From the IMG/VR virus record IMGVR_UViG_2799113095_000002: 64,000 nt of DNA. One strand, given 5' to 3'. Shown piece after piece: positions 44,385 through 53,389 of the stretch. Below the pieces are notes generated by a model that had not been told where the DNA came from, searched no databases, and saw nothing but the letters and a program-made list of their open reading frames with translations. Each line of letters opens with the position of its first letter. Position 1 is the stretch's first letter. The stretch is from a virus (Duplodnaviria > Heunggongvirae > Uroviricota > Caudoviricetes). Position numbers and translations under genes: made by a program.

Positions 44385-45026
44385 CCGCTGGTCCTGGAGG
44401 CGCCCGAAGGCGCGGAGCACGGCAGCGGCGGCCTCAACGGAGTCCCACGCGGAGCGATCCCCGCTGTTGCGGTCCGGGTGGGCTCTAGCTCGTGCGGCTC
44501 GGTAGACCTTGTCGAGCGGCGAATTTTTGTCGCCAGCGGCAAGCCGGAGGTGGAGTTCAGCGTCATCGGCGGATTGGCCTCCGGGGGCTGGAGCTCCTGC
44601 GGAAGGGAGTTGCTTCCACCCGGCGTACTGCTGCCCGGTTTGGGTGACGCCGTAACGGTCCACCTTGCGGAGCGCTTCGAGCGCGAGGGCGATGGCGCGG
44701 AGGTTGTCCTGCCAGTTGGTGAAGGTGTCGCAGGGGAACGACAGTGGCCCTGTGCGGGATTCGACGTTCAGGATGACGCCGGGGTGCTCGGGTTTGGCTG
44801 TGGCGCGGGGCATCCCGTCCACGCGGAAGTCTTGCTCACGCATCGCGATCTGGAGGACGGCTGGCGCGTTCCGCTGGCCGTTCCCGAGGTGCCAGAGTTC
44901 CCGGTCGAGCAGGTTGAGGGTTTCGCTCCACTGCGCGGAGAAGTTGGAACGGCGCCGTTCCTCGGTGAGCTGGTGCGGCCAGGCGGTGATCGGGCGCAGG
45001 GTCATGTTCGTGGGGTAGCTCGTCAT
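44382..45026 (-). CDS. DnaJ (J-domain) containing protein
   Basis: C-terminal KVYRAARARAHPDRNSGDRSAWDSVEAAAAVL has the HPD motif of J-domains. ORF 44382..45056 trimmed to M11 (ATGA overlap). Confidence 0.5.
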   Translation of the reverse strand: MTSYPTNMTLRPITAWPHQLTEERRRSNFSAQWSETLNLLDRELWHLGNGQRNAPAVLQIAMREQDFRVDGMPRATAKPEHPGVILNVESRTGPLSFPCDTFTNWQDNLRAIALALEALRKVDRYGVTQTGQQYAGWKQLPSAGAPAPGGQSADDAELHLRLAAGDKNSPLDKVYRAARARAHPDRNSGDRSAWDSVEAAAAVLRAFGRLQDQR

Positions 45027-45961
45027 GCGGACTCCTTGGGTGCTTCGGGGTTGCATTGGCAGCGGCGGAGGCTGTTGTCGTCGGTGTCGATCCAGCCGCG
45101 CCCGTCGCAGTCAGTGCAGGCGGCGATGCGGGCGCGGCGTTCGGCTTTCTCGCGGGCGGGGCGTTCGGCGTCCCAGGCCTCGCGGCGTTCGCGGTGCCGC
45201 TGGCATGCGCGGCACGGTTCGTCGGTGCCGCCGGGGTGCTTGGGGCAGTAATCGGGGGGCGGCGCGGAGCGCTCCCCAACCCAGGTACCTACGGAAGGTG
45301 AGATAACACCCTGACCCTCACCCTGACCCGACCCTGAGGCGAACCCTTCTCCAAAGGGTTTCGGGAAGGGTTCCATTTCCCCAGGTGGCGGAAACCCTTC
45401 CGGAAACCCTTCACCAAAGCCTTCTGTAAAGGGTTCAGGAAAGGGTTCCGATAACCCTCGGGTAAGGGTTCCCAAGTGCGCCAACGCTTCCGCGTGTGCC
45501 CGCTTCAAGTTGTCGCGGAGCTTCACCGCTTTCGGGCTTTCACCCGCGATCGACGGCAGAGGTACCCGCTCCAGCTCTTCGGCGAGGACGTAGGCGAGTT
45601 TCGGTGACTCCACGTGGGCCGCCGAGCGGAGCGCGGACAGCATCACGTTGGGCTGCTTGCCAACCTCGTCTCGGCGCATGAACGACCGCACCAAGGTTTC
45701 CCCGGTGTCCTCGTCGGTGAACACGTACCGGCTGCGTTCCAGCCGCGCCAGGGCCTCCTCCACGGCCGTCTCCGGGGGGATGCGTCCGCCGTGGCGGAGG
45801 GCCTTCCGCCAGCGCCGCATGCTGATCGGCTGCACCCCGGCGTAGTTCATGGCCGGTTGCGCGATCAGCACACAGAACAGGAGCTTGTCGAACACCTCCT
45901 GCGCGCAGAAGTCCTCATCGGTCCACATCGAGAACCACATACGCCCGTACTCGCGAGGCAC
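45023..45961 (-). CDS. replication-initiator-like protein with embedded iteron-like DNA repeats and a C-terminal Cys-rich zinc finger
   Basis: N-terminal MPREYGRMWFSMWTDEDFCAQEVFDKLLFCVL resembles phage replisome-organizer N-termini. Central low-complexity EPFPEPFTEGFGEGFPEGF repeat. C-terminal CPKH...CRAC...CTDCDGRG...CQC. Confidence 0.4.
   Translation of the reverse strand: MPREYGRMWFSMWTDEDFCAQEVFDKLLFCVLIAQPAMNYAGVQPISMRRWRKALRHGGRIPPETAVEEALARLERSRYVFTDEDTGETLVRSFMRRDEVGKQPNVMLSALRSAAHVESPKLAYVLAEELERVPLPSIAGESPKAVKLRDNLKRAHAEALAHLGTLTRGLSEPFPEPFTEGFGEGFPEGFPPPGEMEPFPKPFGEGFASGSGQGEGQGVISPSVGTWVGERSAPPPDYCPKHPGGTDEPCRACQRHRERREAWDAERPAREKAERRARIAACTDCDGRGWIDTDDNSLRRCQCNPEAPKESA
45300..45440. 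repeat. cluster of about 9 short AAGGGTTYC / GAACCCTT motifs in alternating orientation inside the coding sequence (candidate origin iterons)
   Basis: Examples: gaacccttc, aagggtttc, gaagggttcc, ggaaacccttcc, ggaaacccttc, aaagggttc, aaagggttcc, gtaagggttcc within about 140 bp. Confidence 0.4.
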
Positions 45962-45989
45962 TACCGCTCCCCTTCCATCTTGTCGTTGT

Positions 45990-46697
45990 TCACCAGCCGA
46001 ACTCCGTGGGGACGTACACCTGTGTCTGAGACCGGATGAATCCCGAATCCAACGGGGGCTGGTCTGATTCCGTCACCCGGATGAGGAGCCGCCACCCACG
46101 CCAATCCGCAGTCGTCGCGGTGTGAACGTTCCACCAATTCCACGAAAGCCACTGCTCCAGCGGAGAATCCAGATACGCGCCTCGCTCGGAATATGGCGCG
46201 CTCTCAACCTTTTGTGACAGTTCGCGATACAGGCCCGAGTCCTCGCCATGTTCCAGGTCAACGGCCCACGGTTTGCGCATGAACCTTGTTGGGCAGTGGT
46301 TTCCGACATGGATCGTGTGGAAGCGGGGCCGGTAACCCTTCGCCTCTTGGGCGCATTGAGCCTCCATGGACGGCGGGCCAGCGTTGAACGGTGATCCAAC
46401 CTGCTCCGTTACGGTGTGGAGACGTGGGACGCCATCGGTGTGCCAGCCCGGTATCGCCGGGATGAAGCCCGGCAGTAGCAGCGAGACCTTCGTGTCCACA
46501 AATACGTGCTTGTGGTCACCGACAATTGGCGCCTTTTCCAGGCAGCGCTTGACCGCAGGGCCGCCGAACAGCACTGCGTTCTGGAGGCTCGCGCGCTCCA
46601 GGTTCGGTGTGGCCGGCAGGCATCCCCGCTCCTGCGCGTCGAGCTCGACTCGCGCGCCGTGCTTGGGCGGCTCTACGTTGAACGTGTAGGCGGTCAC
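45990..46697 (-). CDS. hypothetical protein (possible cupin/dioxygenase-like HxD...H)
   Basis: 235-aa ORF; PGWHTDG and FHTIHVGNH about 45 aa apart. Weak signal. Confidence 0.35.
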   Translation of the reverse strand: MTAYTFNVEPPKHGARVELDAQERGCLPATPNLERASLQNAVLFGGPAVKRCLEKAPIVGDHKHVFVDTKVSLLLPGFIPAIPGWHTDGVPRLHTVTEQVGSPFNAGPPSMEAQCAQEAKGYRPRFHTIHVGNHCPTRFMRKPWAVDLEHGEDSGLYRELSQKVESAPYSERGAYLDSPLEQWLSWNWWNVHTATTADWRGWRLLIRVTESDQPPLDSGFIRSQTQVYVPTEFGW

Positions 46698-46990
46698 AGT
46701 TCACCTCCCGCGTCTCGGCGCTGCCGCCTTCGCCGTAGGAGATCCATGGATTCCCTACTCATGTAGCCGATTTGAGTGGCGCCGAGCTTGATAGCTTCCT
46801 GGCGTTTGGATTCGGTTACGTCGTAGTGCGCGGTCACTTTGCCCTCGTGTTGGAACCACGAGCGCCGCAACCCAAGCCGGGCCGCGAAGGCGTGCAGCTC
46901 CTTGTCTGTGTCTGCCATCAGGTGCGACCAGTTGGCTTGGAGGCGGCCGACTCTGGCGGGTCTGCACATGTCATCTATGTAGACGGTCAC
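46694..46990 (-). CDS. DUF4031-like protein
   Basis: VTVYIDDM...WSHLMADT..ELHAFAARLGLRRSWFQ...HYDV matches the DUF4031 pattern as recalled. Start taken as the GTG that overlaps the upstream stop. Confidence 0.45.
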   Translation of the reverse strand: MTVYIDDMCRPARVGRLQANWSHLMADTDKELHAFAARLGLRRSWFQHEGKVTAHYDVTESKRQEAIKLGATQIGYMSRESMDLLRRRRQRRDAGGEL

Positions 46991-47409
46991 TGGACTACCT
47001 GCCACGGCTTGTCGTCGCGGACGTGCCACCCGAGCCCCGGCAGCTCAGGCCCACTTTCGACTTCCACCTGCTTGTCGCTCGGCGGCTGAACCACGAGCCA
47101 TGTCAACCGCTGCTCAGCGTCCGAGTAGTAGCGGCGGGCGAGCCGCCCATCCCCATGGGTAGCGACGGTCCCCTCGGCGTACCCAAGGCGCGTGGAATTG
47201 ATCCGCTGCAGGAGCGCGATCGCAAGAGCTTGAGCCGCTTTCGTATCGATCTTCTTCGTCTGGCCAGCGCCGTAGTCCGGCTTGAAGTTGACAGCTAGCC
47301 ATGAGTCATCCACTGTCTCGCGCAGCAGCCGAACCAAGTTGGCTAGCTCGCCCTCGGATACGGTCACGCGACCATCCAGCCTTCTAGGCGTTGGAGGGGT
47401 GTCGGTCAT
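46987..47409 (-). CDS. hypothetical protein
   Basis: ORF 46987..47655 trimmed to MTDTPPTPRRLDG (ATGA overlap). Confidence 0.4.
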   Translation of the reverse strand: MTDTPPTPRRLDGRVTVSEGELANLVRLLRETVDDSWLAVNFKPDYGAGQTKKIDTKAAQALAIALLQRINSTRLGYAEGTVATHGDGRLARRYYSDAEQRLTWLVVQPPSDKQVEVESGPELPGLGWHVRDDKPWQVVQ

Positions 47410-47891
47410 GGTGTGTTCTCCGCTCTCTTGATGATCGCCATGCCCGCAGCCCGGTATGCGAGGGCCTGTACTACGTGCTGTGGCAATGGTTCTGGTGTCT
47501 TGTTGATCGAGACTTTGCGCTTCACTTCGACGCGCCCGAGCGGGTATATAGCGGTCGGTTCGTGAATCCACCACAGGCCGCAGCCGTAAACGGGCGGATG
47601 CTCGATGAGTTCGGCGGGCACGACGTACACGAACCGGTGGCACACCCGGCGCCACGGTTGGACCTTCTCCCAGGTCTCCCTTGCTGCGTCGGCCTTGGAG
47701 ACCTTGATCTCAATCGCGGTGCGCTCCAGGCTGTCGAACATCAGCGCGTCTATCCGACGCGTGTAGGGCTGGCCGTGCCCATCGGGTAGCTCAGCCCAGG
47801 TTGGATGGTCGTCGTGTATCACCACTTCGGGTACCAGAGCGGCGTCGCGGTGGTGTTTACGCAGCGCGGCGAGCACATCGGCGGCGTTCAC
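47406..47891 (-). CDS. PD-(D/E)xK nuclease-like protein
   Basis: RIDALMFDSLERTAIEIKVSKAD gives a D...E-x-K arrangement. 161 aa. Confidence 0.4.
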   Translation of the reverse strand: MNAADVLAALRKHHRDAALVPEVVIHDDHPTWAELPDGHGQPYTRRIDALMFDSLERTAIEIKVSKADAARETWEKVQPWRRVCHRFVYVVPAELIEHPPVYGCGLWWIHEPTAIYPLGRVEVKRKVSINKTPEPLPQHVVQALAYRAAGMAIIKRAENTP

Positions 47892-48529
47892 GACGCGCCA
47901 CCCCGTTCAAGGAACTCGATGCCTTCTGCGAGGGTGTCGAGCCCTACCGGCGCCATGTTCCAGGCGTCCACACCGACATGAAGCTGGCGCTGATGCACGT
48001 AAGGCAGATAGCTTGCGGTGCTGTGGGTATGGCCGTGGAGAAGCCACGCGCCTTCATCACGGAGCCGGTACTGGTTGTAGCGCTCGGCAGTGGTGTGGTC
48101 CCCCTGGTAGGGCAGGTGCGACATGAGCACCGTTCGGCCCCCGATACGGCGCCGCGCGAACGGCTGCACCGACTGGAATACCTGGAGGTAGTCGCGCTGC
48201 CATTTGTGGGAGTCGCGGTACATCGGGTGGCATCGGTCGTGATTGCCGGGCACTAGGTGCTTCTCCCCCGGCCTCCGGTACAGCCAAGCAAGGGACTTCA
48301 TCTGGGCGGCGTTCGTCCCAGAGCTGTTGTCCCCCAAGTCCCATACCTGGTCCCCGGGGTGAACGACGGCATCCCACTTCTCCGCCAAAGTCCGGTCATG
48401 CCACTCGATAGCCACAAGCTGCCGATCCGCAGGATTGGCCGGCAGGGCGATACCGGCCCGCTCCGCCCGGATCACAGCGACGAGCGCGTGCCCGATATGC
48501 AGGTCCGAAACGAACCAGACGGTCGTCAT
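47888..48529 (-). CDS. calcineurin-like metallophosphoesterase
   Basis: Motifs VSDLHIGH, GDQVWDLGDN, GNHD, GHTH. ORF 47888..48562 trimmed to MTTVWFVSDLH. Confidence 0.7.
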   Translation of the reverse strand: MTTVWFVSDLHIGHALVAVIRAERAGIALPANPADRQLVAIEWHDRTLAEKWDAVVHPGDQVWDLGDNSSGTNAAQMKSLAWLYRRPGEKHLVPGNHDRCHPMYRDSHKWQRDYLQVFQSVQPFARRRIGGRTVLMSHLPYQGDHTTAERYNQYRLRDEGAWLLHGHTHSTASYLPYVHQRQLHVGVDAWNMAPVGLDTLAEGIEFLERGGAS

Positions 48530-49494
48530 TGGGCTACCGCCTTCTCGGGGTACTGGTCCCACGTGCGCCCGTCCAGCTCACGCCCGGCGCGCTTCTTGCC
48601 GACACGTTGCATCTGTGCTCGTGGATCATCTACATACGGCGGCTTGGACAGCTTGCGGCAAGGATCATTTCGGCAGATGTCAGCCTCCCGTCCGTCGTAC
48701 CAGTCACAGACGCATGCACGGAGCGGGGGATGTTGGTTGGGTGCCCACTCGCCCCACTGTTTGAACAGGAATGGCACACCGGCCGCGACGCACTGGTCGC
48801 GCAACGATCGCGCCCAGTCGGGGTGCATCGGCCTTGCGCCGGGGCCGGATTCGCCGCCCACGATCACCCAACTCAGTGGCGGAAGGTCGAACTTCTCGCC
48901 ATCGTCCTCCACGAACCGGGAGAGGTCGATCGGTCCGAGCAGTGGCTCAGCACTGATGAACCGGACGGCGGCGGGGGTGTCGAGCAGTGCTGGGATGCGG
49001 AGGTCGGCGCGCTTCTGGTCCTCGGCGCTCACTCCCAACCAGACGTTGGGCAGCGGCCAGTAGTCGCCCATCACATCGCCCGGTAACTCCAGCGCTTGGC
49101 ACTTGAATACCAACTCGCGGAATGCTTCTGAGTTCAGCAGCGACCGCATGCGCCCATGCCGCTTGGTCAGGAGTTGAAATGTGTGCCGCTCGGCGCACGC
49201 CATGACAGAGAACACGCGAGCTATGTACTCGTCAGACACCTTTTCGTGGAACAGATCTGACATCGAGTTGACGAACACCTTGCGCGGCTTGGTCCAGCGC
49301 AGCGGCAACGCGAGCTTGTCGGGGCGCAACTGAACATCGAACCCGTGCTCGAAGTAATGCCCCTCGGTCCCTCGCCAGCGCTCGGCAAACGTCTCCGCAT
49401 AGCAGTGGTCACAACCTGGAGATACCTTGTCGCAACCCGTAATTGGGTTCCAGGTCGAGTCGGCCCACTCTATGCCTGTCTTGTCACCCATCAC
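48526..49494 (-). CDS. phage Gp37/Gp68 family protein (DUF5131)
   Basis: N-terminal TGIEWADSTWNPITGCDKVSPGCDHCYAETFAERW matches the Gp37Gp68 family signature. Confidence 0.6.
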   Translation of the reverse strand: MMGDKTGIEWADSTWNPITGCDKVSPGCDHCYAETFAERWRGTEGHYFEHGFDVQLRPDKLALPLRWTKPRKVFVNSMSDLFHEKVSDEYIARVFSVMACAERHTFQLLTKRHGRMRSLLNSEAFRELVFKCQALELPGDVMGDYWPLPNVWLGVSAEDQKRADLRIPALLDTPAAVRFISAEPLLGPIDLSRFVEDDGEKFDLPPLSWVIVGGESGPGARPMHPDWARSLRDQCVAAGVPFLFKQWGEWAPNQHPPLRACVCDWYDGREADICRNDPCRKLSKPPYVDDPRAQMQRVGKKRAGRELDGRTWDQYPEKAVAQ

Positions 49495-49820
49495 TTACCC
49501 GCCTTCACCGGAATGGGATGCTGATCCTCGAACGATGTCCCGTAGCCGCATACGGTGCAGCTACCTCCGTAACTAACTGTCACGACACCGGTTTCAGCCC
49601 CATATATCTCGTAGTCCTCACGGAACGTGCGGCCCAGCGGAGCCGCTTTGATCTCTGCGATTGCAGCCTCTACGCGGCCGCGAAGGCTGTCGTATTCCTC
49701 CTGTGACACCTGTCCGTACGCGTCTTCGATGAGCTTCCGCTGCTCGGCAATGCGTTCGTCATCAGCATCGGCGCGCCGGGTCTGGCAGGCGTAGCAGGTA
49801 GTCCAGTTGTTGGCGCTCAC
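49491..49820 (-). CDS. small Cys-containing hypothetical protein
   Basis: ORF 49491..50021 trimmed to a GTG at 49820 (GTGA overlap). CYAC...CTVCGYG. Confidence 0.35.
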   Translation of the reverse strand: MSANNWTTCYACQTRRADADDERIAEQRKLIEDAYGQVSQEEYDSLRGRVEAAIAEIKAAPLGRTFREDYEIYGAETGVVTVSYGGSCTVCGYGTSFEDQHPIPVKAGK

Positions 49821-50272
49821 CGGGCTGCCGCCTCGGCCACAGAGCTGAGCAGCGTCGCAACCGCGCGCGTCAGGTTGCTGCCACCTATGCCGTAGCCGCG
49901 CTCCAGTCGCCCGGCGGCTGCCGCGTACATCGAGGCGTCGGTATCGCGTGGCCCTTTGTGTGCAACCCGTGGGACCTGAACGACCACATGCCCTTCCTCG
50001 GCCAACATCTCTCGAATGCATGCGACCACGCTTCCGGCATCACCGCCCAGTTCCAGTTCCTCAGCGGCGGCGCCGGTCAACACTTCCCAGATTCCCTCTG
50101 GTGGTGCGACGTTCGGCGTATCCGGCTCCGTCTCGAACTCGCGGCCTTCGTTCCGGTGCCCGAGCGGGCAGTGGAACGGGTGCCCGCTGAGCCACAGCGG
50201 CACACCGAAGTAGGTGTCGCAGTGGTCGCAGATCACCGCTTCCAGAACGAGTTTCACTTTCAGTGTCGTCAT
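49817..50272 (-). CDS. hypothetical protein with N-terminal Cys/His cluster
   Basis: MTTLKVKLVLEAVICDHCDTYFGVPLWLSGHPFHCPLGH.... ORF 49817..50311 trimmed to M14. Confidence 0.4.
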   Translation of the reverse strand: MTTLKVKLVLEAVICDHCDTYFGVPLWLSGHPFHCPLGHRNEGREFETEPDTPNVAPPEGIWEVLTGAAAEELELGGDAGSVVACIREMLAEEGHVVVQVPRVAHKGPRDTDASMYAAAAGRLERGYGIGGSNLTRAVATLLSSVAEAAAR

Positions 50273-50466
50273 GCGCATTCTCCTGCGTGCTGGCACCAGC
50301 AGTTGGGGCATATGTCCCGTATGTCGGTGGGGGTTACTGGGTTTGGGCAGTTGGTGTGTACGAGGGTGTCGTCGTCGTAGCGGACTTCATCGCCAGGGCG
50401 GATCGGGTCGTCTCCGTATTCGCACCAGCCCCCGAACTCCGCACGGAATGGGCGGCTGCTGCTCAT
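50269..50466 (-). CDS. small Cys-rich protein
   Basis: 65-aa ORF containing CPNPVTPTDIRDICPNCWCQHAGEC. Confidence 0.35.
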   Translation of the reverse strand: MSSSRPFRAEFGGWCEYGDDPIRPGDEVRYDDDTLVHTNCPNPVTPTDIRDICPNCWCQHAGECA

Positions 50467-50750
50467 CGCCGGAGTCCGATGTTGTCTCCGGCGTCACCGA
50501 GGCCTAGGAGGTACTGGAGGCCGGGGTTGTCGTAGAGGTTGAATGTCATGGTCACGCGGTTCATCAGGTGGACGTTGTGCCCGCGTAGAGCGCGGTGGCG
50601 GACCGCGAACCGCTCGGCTTGCTTGAGACCGTCTCGGCAGGCGGGGAACTCCCACGTGGCTTTCACTTCATGGCCGTAGTCCTCGTCCTTGGTGGTGGGG
50701 CAGTCCTGGCACTCGGCGACCCATTTCCGCGCTTCCGGCTCGGGGTTCAT
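50463..50750 (-). CDS. small hypothetical protein
   Basis: ORF 50463..50849 trimmed to MNPEPEARKWVAECQDCPT (ATGA overlap). Confidence 0.35.
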   Translation of the reverse strand: MNPEPEARKWVAECQDCPTTKDEDYGHEVKATWEFPACRDGLKQAERFAVRHRALRGHNVHLMNRVTMTFNLYDNPGLQYLLGLGDAGDNIGLRR

Positions 50751-50935
50751 GGCTGTTCCCCGTACCCGGCGATGTGATCGGCGGCGGCCTGCGTCAGCGC
50801 TTCCAGTAGGTCCACGGTCTCGCCGAGCTGCTTGTCGGTGGTGCCCCACTGCATCCAGCCGAGCGGTGCGATCTGGAACTTGCGGGTCACACCATCGGTG
50901 GTGGTGATTTGTCCGCGTATCAGCTGGACCTTCAC
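50747..50935 (-). CDS. small hypothetical protein
   Basis: ORF trimmed to a GTG at 50935 that overlaps the upstream stop (GTGA). Confidence 0.3.
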   Translation of the reverse strand: MKVQLIRGQITTTDGVTRKFQIAPLGWMQWGTTDKQLGETVDLLEALTQAAADHIAGYGEQP

Positions 50936-51291
50936 GGGTACATCCCCAGCACCCGGTACGTGCGCGTCACGTGGCGGGAGACGCCATCCCAGTGCAGATG
51001 ACCCATGGCGCACGCCTGGCACACCCAAAGCGTTTCCGGGGCGGTCAGCTGGTCCATGCTGCGAGGGCACAGCTCGCAGGTCACCTTGATGACCGCACCC
51101 ACCGTTGGCCGCTGCTCCGCCGTCTGCCCGGCTCCCGGTTCATCGGCAGGGGTGACGGTGGCGCGCAGACCCGTTATCCACGCGAGCAGTTGCTGGCCCT
51201 CCGCGTTCTCGATGGTGTCTGCGGCGCGGCGGACAGCTTTCGCCGCGTACCGGGCTCCCACCTCAAGAAGTTCTGCGAGATTGCTTGCCAT
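50932..51291 (-). CDS. hypothetical protein
   Basis: 119-aa ORF containing CELCPRS...CQACAMGH. Confidence 0.4.
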   Translation of the reverse strand: MASNLAELLEVGARYAAKAVRRAADTIENAEGQQLLAWITGLRATVTPADEPGAGQTAEQRPTVGAVIKVTCELCPRSMDQLTAPETLWVCQACAMGHLHWDGVSRHVTRTYRVLGMYP

Positions 51292-51571
51292 GCTTGGTAT
51301 CTCCTAGTAGTCGGCGCTGGCGTCGGTTCAGCCCAAACGGTGACTGCTGCTCCCGTCTCCGGGTCGTGGGCTGCCGGCGGGGAATCGGACGGAACGTGGC
51401 CTTGGTCTGGTCGGTGGCCGGGTCGTACACCGCCGAGACGGGCGCGTAGTAGGCGCCGTGTAGGTCGGGGCCGAATGGGTGGGTGTCGGCCAGGATGTGT
51501 GCGGCGATGTCGCCCCGGTAGTTGGCGACGTTGCGGGTGGCGCCGGGGAACAGGTCTGCGAACTCAGTCAT
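51263..51571 (-). CDS. hypothetical protein with basic C-terminus
   Basis: 102-aa ORF. Confidence 0.35.
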   Translation of the reverse strand: MTEFADLFPGATRNVANYRGDIAAHILADTHPFGPDLHGAYYAPVSAVYDPATDQTKATFRPIPRRQPTTRRREQQSPFGLNRRQRRLLGDTKHGKQSRRTS

Positions 51572-51948
51572 CAGGAGGCCGCCTTCCGGCTGCCCCAGAG
51601 ATGCTGGATTTCATCGACGCTGGCGCGATGTTGGTAGGCGTCCCCGGGGCAAGCCTCCACCAACACTTCCTTGCCCCAGCGCTTCTCACACTTAGTGCCC
51701 CAGCGTCGGACCTTCTCCACTTCGGCGGACTCGGGGGCCAGCGAGTCCAGGAACCGGTGCTGGTCGAGTAGAAACTTCTGGCAGAAGTCCTTAGCCCTCG
51801 GGACCTGGTTGATGGTGATCGGTCCGCCGGTCATGAACCCGAGGAGCGCTTGCACTTCGCTGACCTTGCATAGCGCGCCTTCGGGTAGCCCGGCGGCGAC
51901 GGTCAGTACGGCAGCGAGCGGGAACCGTTGCTTGCGTGCGCGGCTCAT
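51571..51948 (-). CDS. hypothetical protein
   Basis: 125-aa ORF. Confidence 0.4.
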   Translation of the reverse strand: MSRARKQRFPLAAVLTVAAGLPEGALCKVSEVQALLGFMTGGPITINQVPRAKDFCQKFLLDQHRFLDSLAPESAEVEKVRRWGTKCEKRWGKEVLVEACPGDAYQHRASVDEIQHLWGSRKAAS

Positions 51949-52157
51949 TCGGTCCTCCAGGTGGGGTCGCCGATGAATGGGGCTTTTGCCTCTACGGGCG
52001 GCCCGGCGATGTATGCGGATTCAGCTAGCAGCTCGAACACGGCGAGGGAAGCGTTGAGCTGTGCCTCCGCGATGAGCGGAGCTGACTGTGCCTTGGGGAG
52101 GCCCTGCGCCTCTTCGTAGAGACGCAGGGCTTCCTCATGGTGTTCGGTAGCGGACAC
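51945..52157 (-). CDS. small helical hypothetical protein
   Basis: 70-aa ORF. Confidence 0.35.
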   Translation of the reverse strand: MSATEHHEEALRLYEEAQGLPKAQSAPLIAEAQLNASLAVFELLAESAYIAGPPVEAKAPFIGDPTWRTE

Positions 52158-52159
52158 GT

Positions 52160-53014
52160 CTACCGGCTGTACTCGTTGCTGAACGGCTGAACCGGCTCAG
52201 GTGCGGGGCCATACGCGACGGGCAAACTGTCGGTGATCTTCTCGACCTCTGCGTCGAACGCCGCATCAACGACTTCCTGTGCCCGGTCGAGCTTGTATCC
52301 GAACGCGACGCCTTGCGGCCCGAGTCGGTACATGAAGTTCGCCAACAGCTCGTAACGCGCGCCGCGCTCGTAGATCGGGAGCCTCAGCGTGAGTACCTGC
52401 GGGATCTCGATAGTCCCGGCGGTTCCGCCGCCCGCATCCGAGGTCTCCTCGACGTACTCGAACTGAACCTCGCCATTGGCGATATCCCGAGCCGACTTGA
52501 ACGAGAGGGACCGCTTGGCCTGAAACTTCCGAACGATCTCCACCAGGTCGGCCGCCGGGGGGTTGTAGATCTCGGAGAGCCCATCCTGGAGGTGGTCAGC
52601 GAACCTAGCCTGAGGCAGGAACTCACCGTCGAGCTGGGACCAGTGCTGCCACTCACGGGAATGCTTCAAATGCAGCGCTATCCGGTGATCACCCCAACCC
52701 TCGTAATTGAGGATCGCGGTCACCCGGTTGCTTGCGCGGTCGGCGAACCCGAGCGCGTCAAGCTGCTGGACCTTACCCAGAAGCAGGTTCAAGCTATCCG
52801 CATCGAGAACCGCAGTAGTCCCGCGCTGGCGGCGCGGATTCGGCAGGTACTTCTCCAGCGAATGAAACTGCTGGGTCTCGTCATTTCGGACCGTGTACGT
52901 GAAAACGTCCGCTGTATCAGGAGATACGGCGTCCACGCGGTCAGCGGCCAGCCGGGCAATATCGGCTGCCGCATCGACCTCCGTACGGGAACTGGTGTCG
53001 GTGAATGATGCCAT
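52160..53014 (-). CDS. hypothetical protein (284 aa)
   Basis: Long unbiased ORF; no motif recognised. Confidence 0.45.
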   Translation of the reverse strand: MASFTDTSSRTEVDAAADIARLAADRVDAVSPDTADVFTYTVRNDETQQFHSLEKYLPNPRRQRGTTAVLDADSLNLLLGKVQQLDALGFADRASNRVTAILNYEGWGDHRIALHLKHSREWQHWSQLDGEFLPQARFADHLQDGLSEIYNPPAADLVEIVRKFQAKRSLSFKSARDIANGEVQFEYVEETSDAGGGTAGTIEIPQVLTLRLPIYERGARYELLANFMYRLGPQGVAFGYKLDRAQEVVDAAFDAEVEKITDSLPVAYGPAPEPVQPFSNEYSR

Positions 53015-53389
53015 TTACTGGGCTTCCTTTCTGGTGTTGTCCTCGGCGGGTACCGGGGTGGGTACGGCTTGGATGGAGTTGAAATCGAGTTGGTTCGGGT
53101 CCGATCGGGTGGGGTTGCCGTCTTTGTCCACGAACCACAGTGAGCGCGTCCGGTCCGGCTTCGGGAGCTTGGGCGTCACATCGTCGTCAATGATCAGCAT
53201 CGGCGTCTTCTTCTCCTGCGACACAACCAAAGTCAGCGTGAGGGAGCCCTTCTTGCCGGTGGCTTTCACCGCCGCTAGAAGATCGTGGAGACCCTTGGAC
53301 AACTCGTCATGGACACGGCCCTTGTTGAGTTCCTGAAGGAACGCGGCGAACGGGCGAACAACCTTCTCGTCCTCGTCTGGATCAGCCAT
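53015..53389 (-). CDS. hypothetical protein
   Basis: 124-aa ORF. Confidence 0.4.
   Translation of the reverse strand: MADPDEDEKVVRPFAAFLQELNKGRVHDELSKGLHDLLAAVKATGKKGSLTLTLVVSQEKKTPMLIIDDDVTPKLPKPDRTRSLWFVDKDGNPTRSDPNQLDFNSIQAVPTPVPAEDNTRKEAQ

Noticed and set aside
45300-45440. EPFPEPF... protein repeat treated as a purely structural low-complexity linker
   Set aside because: Not fully rejected. The alternating orientation of the DNA motif (both AAGGGTTC and GAACCCTT) is more typical of DNA-level iterons than of selection on the peptide, so both readings are kept.
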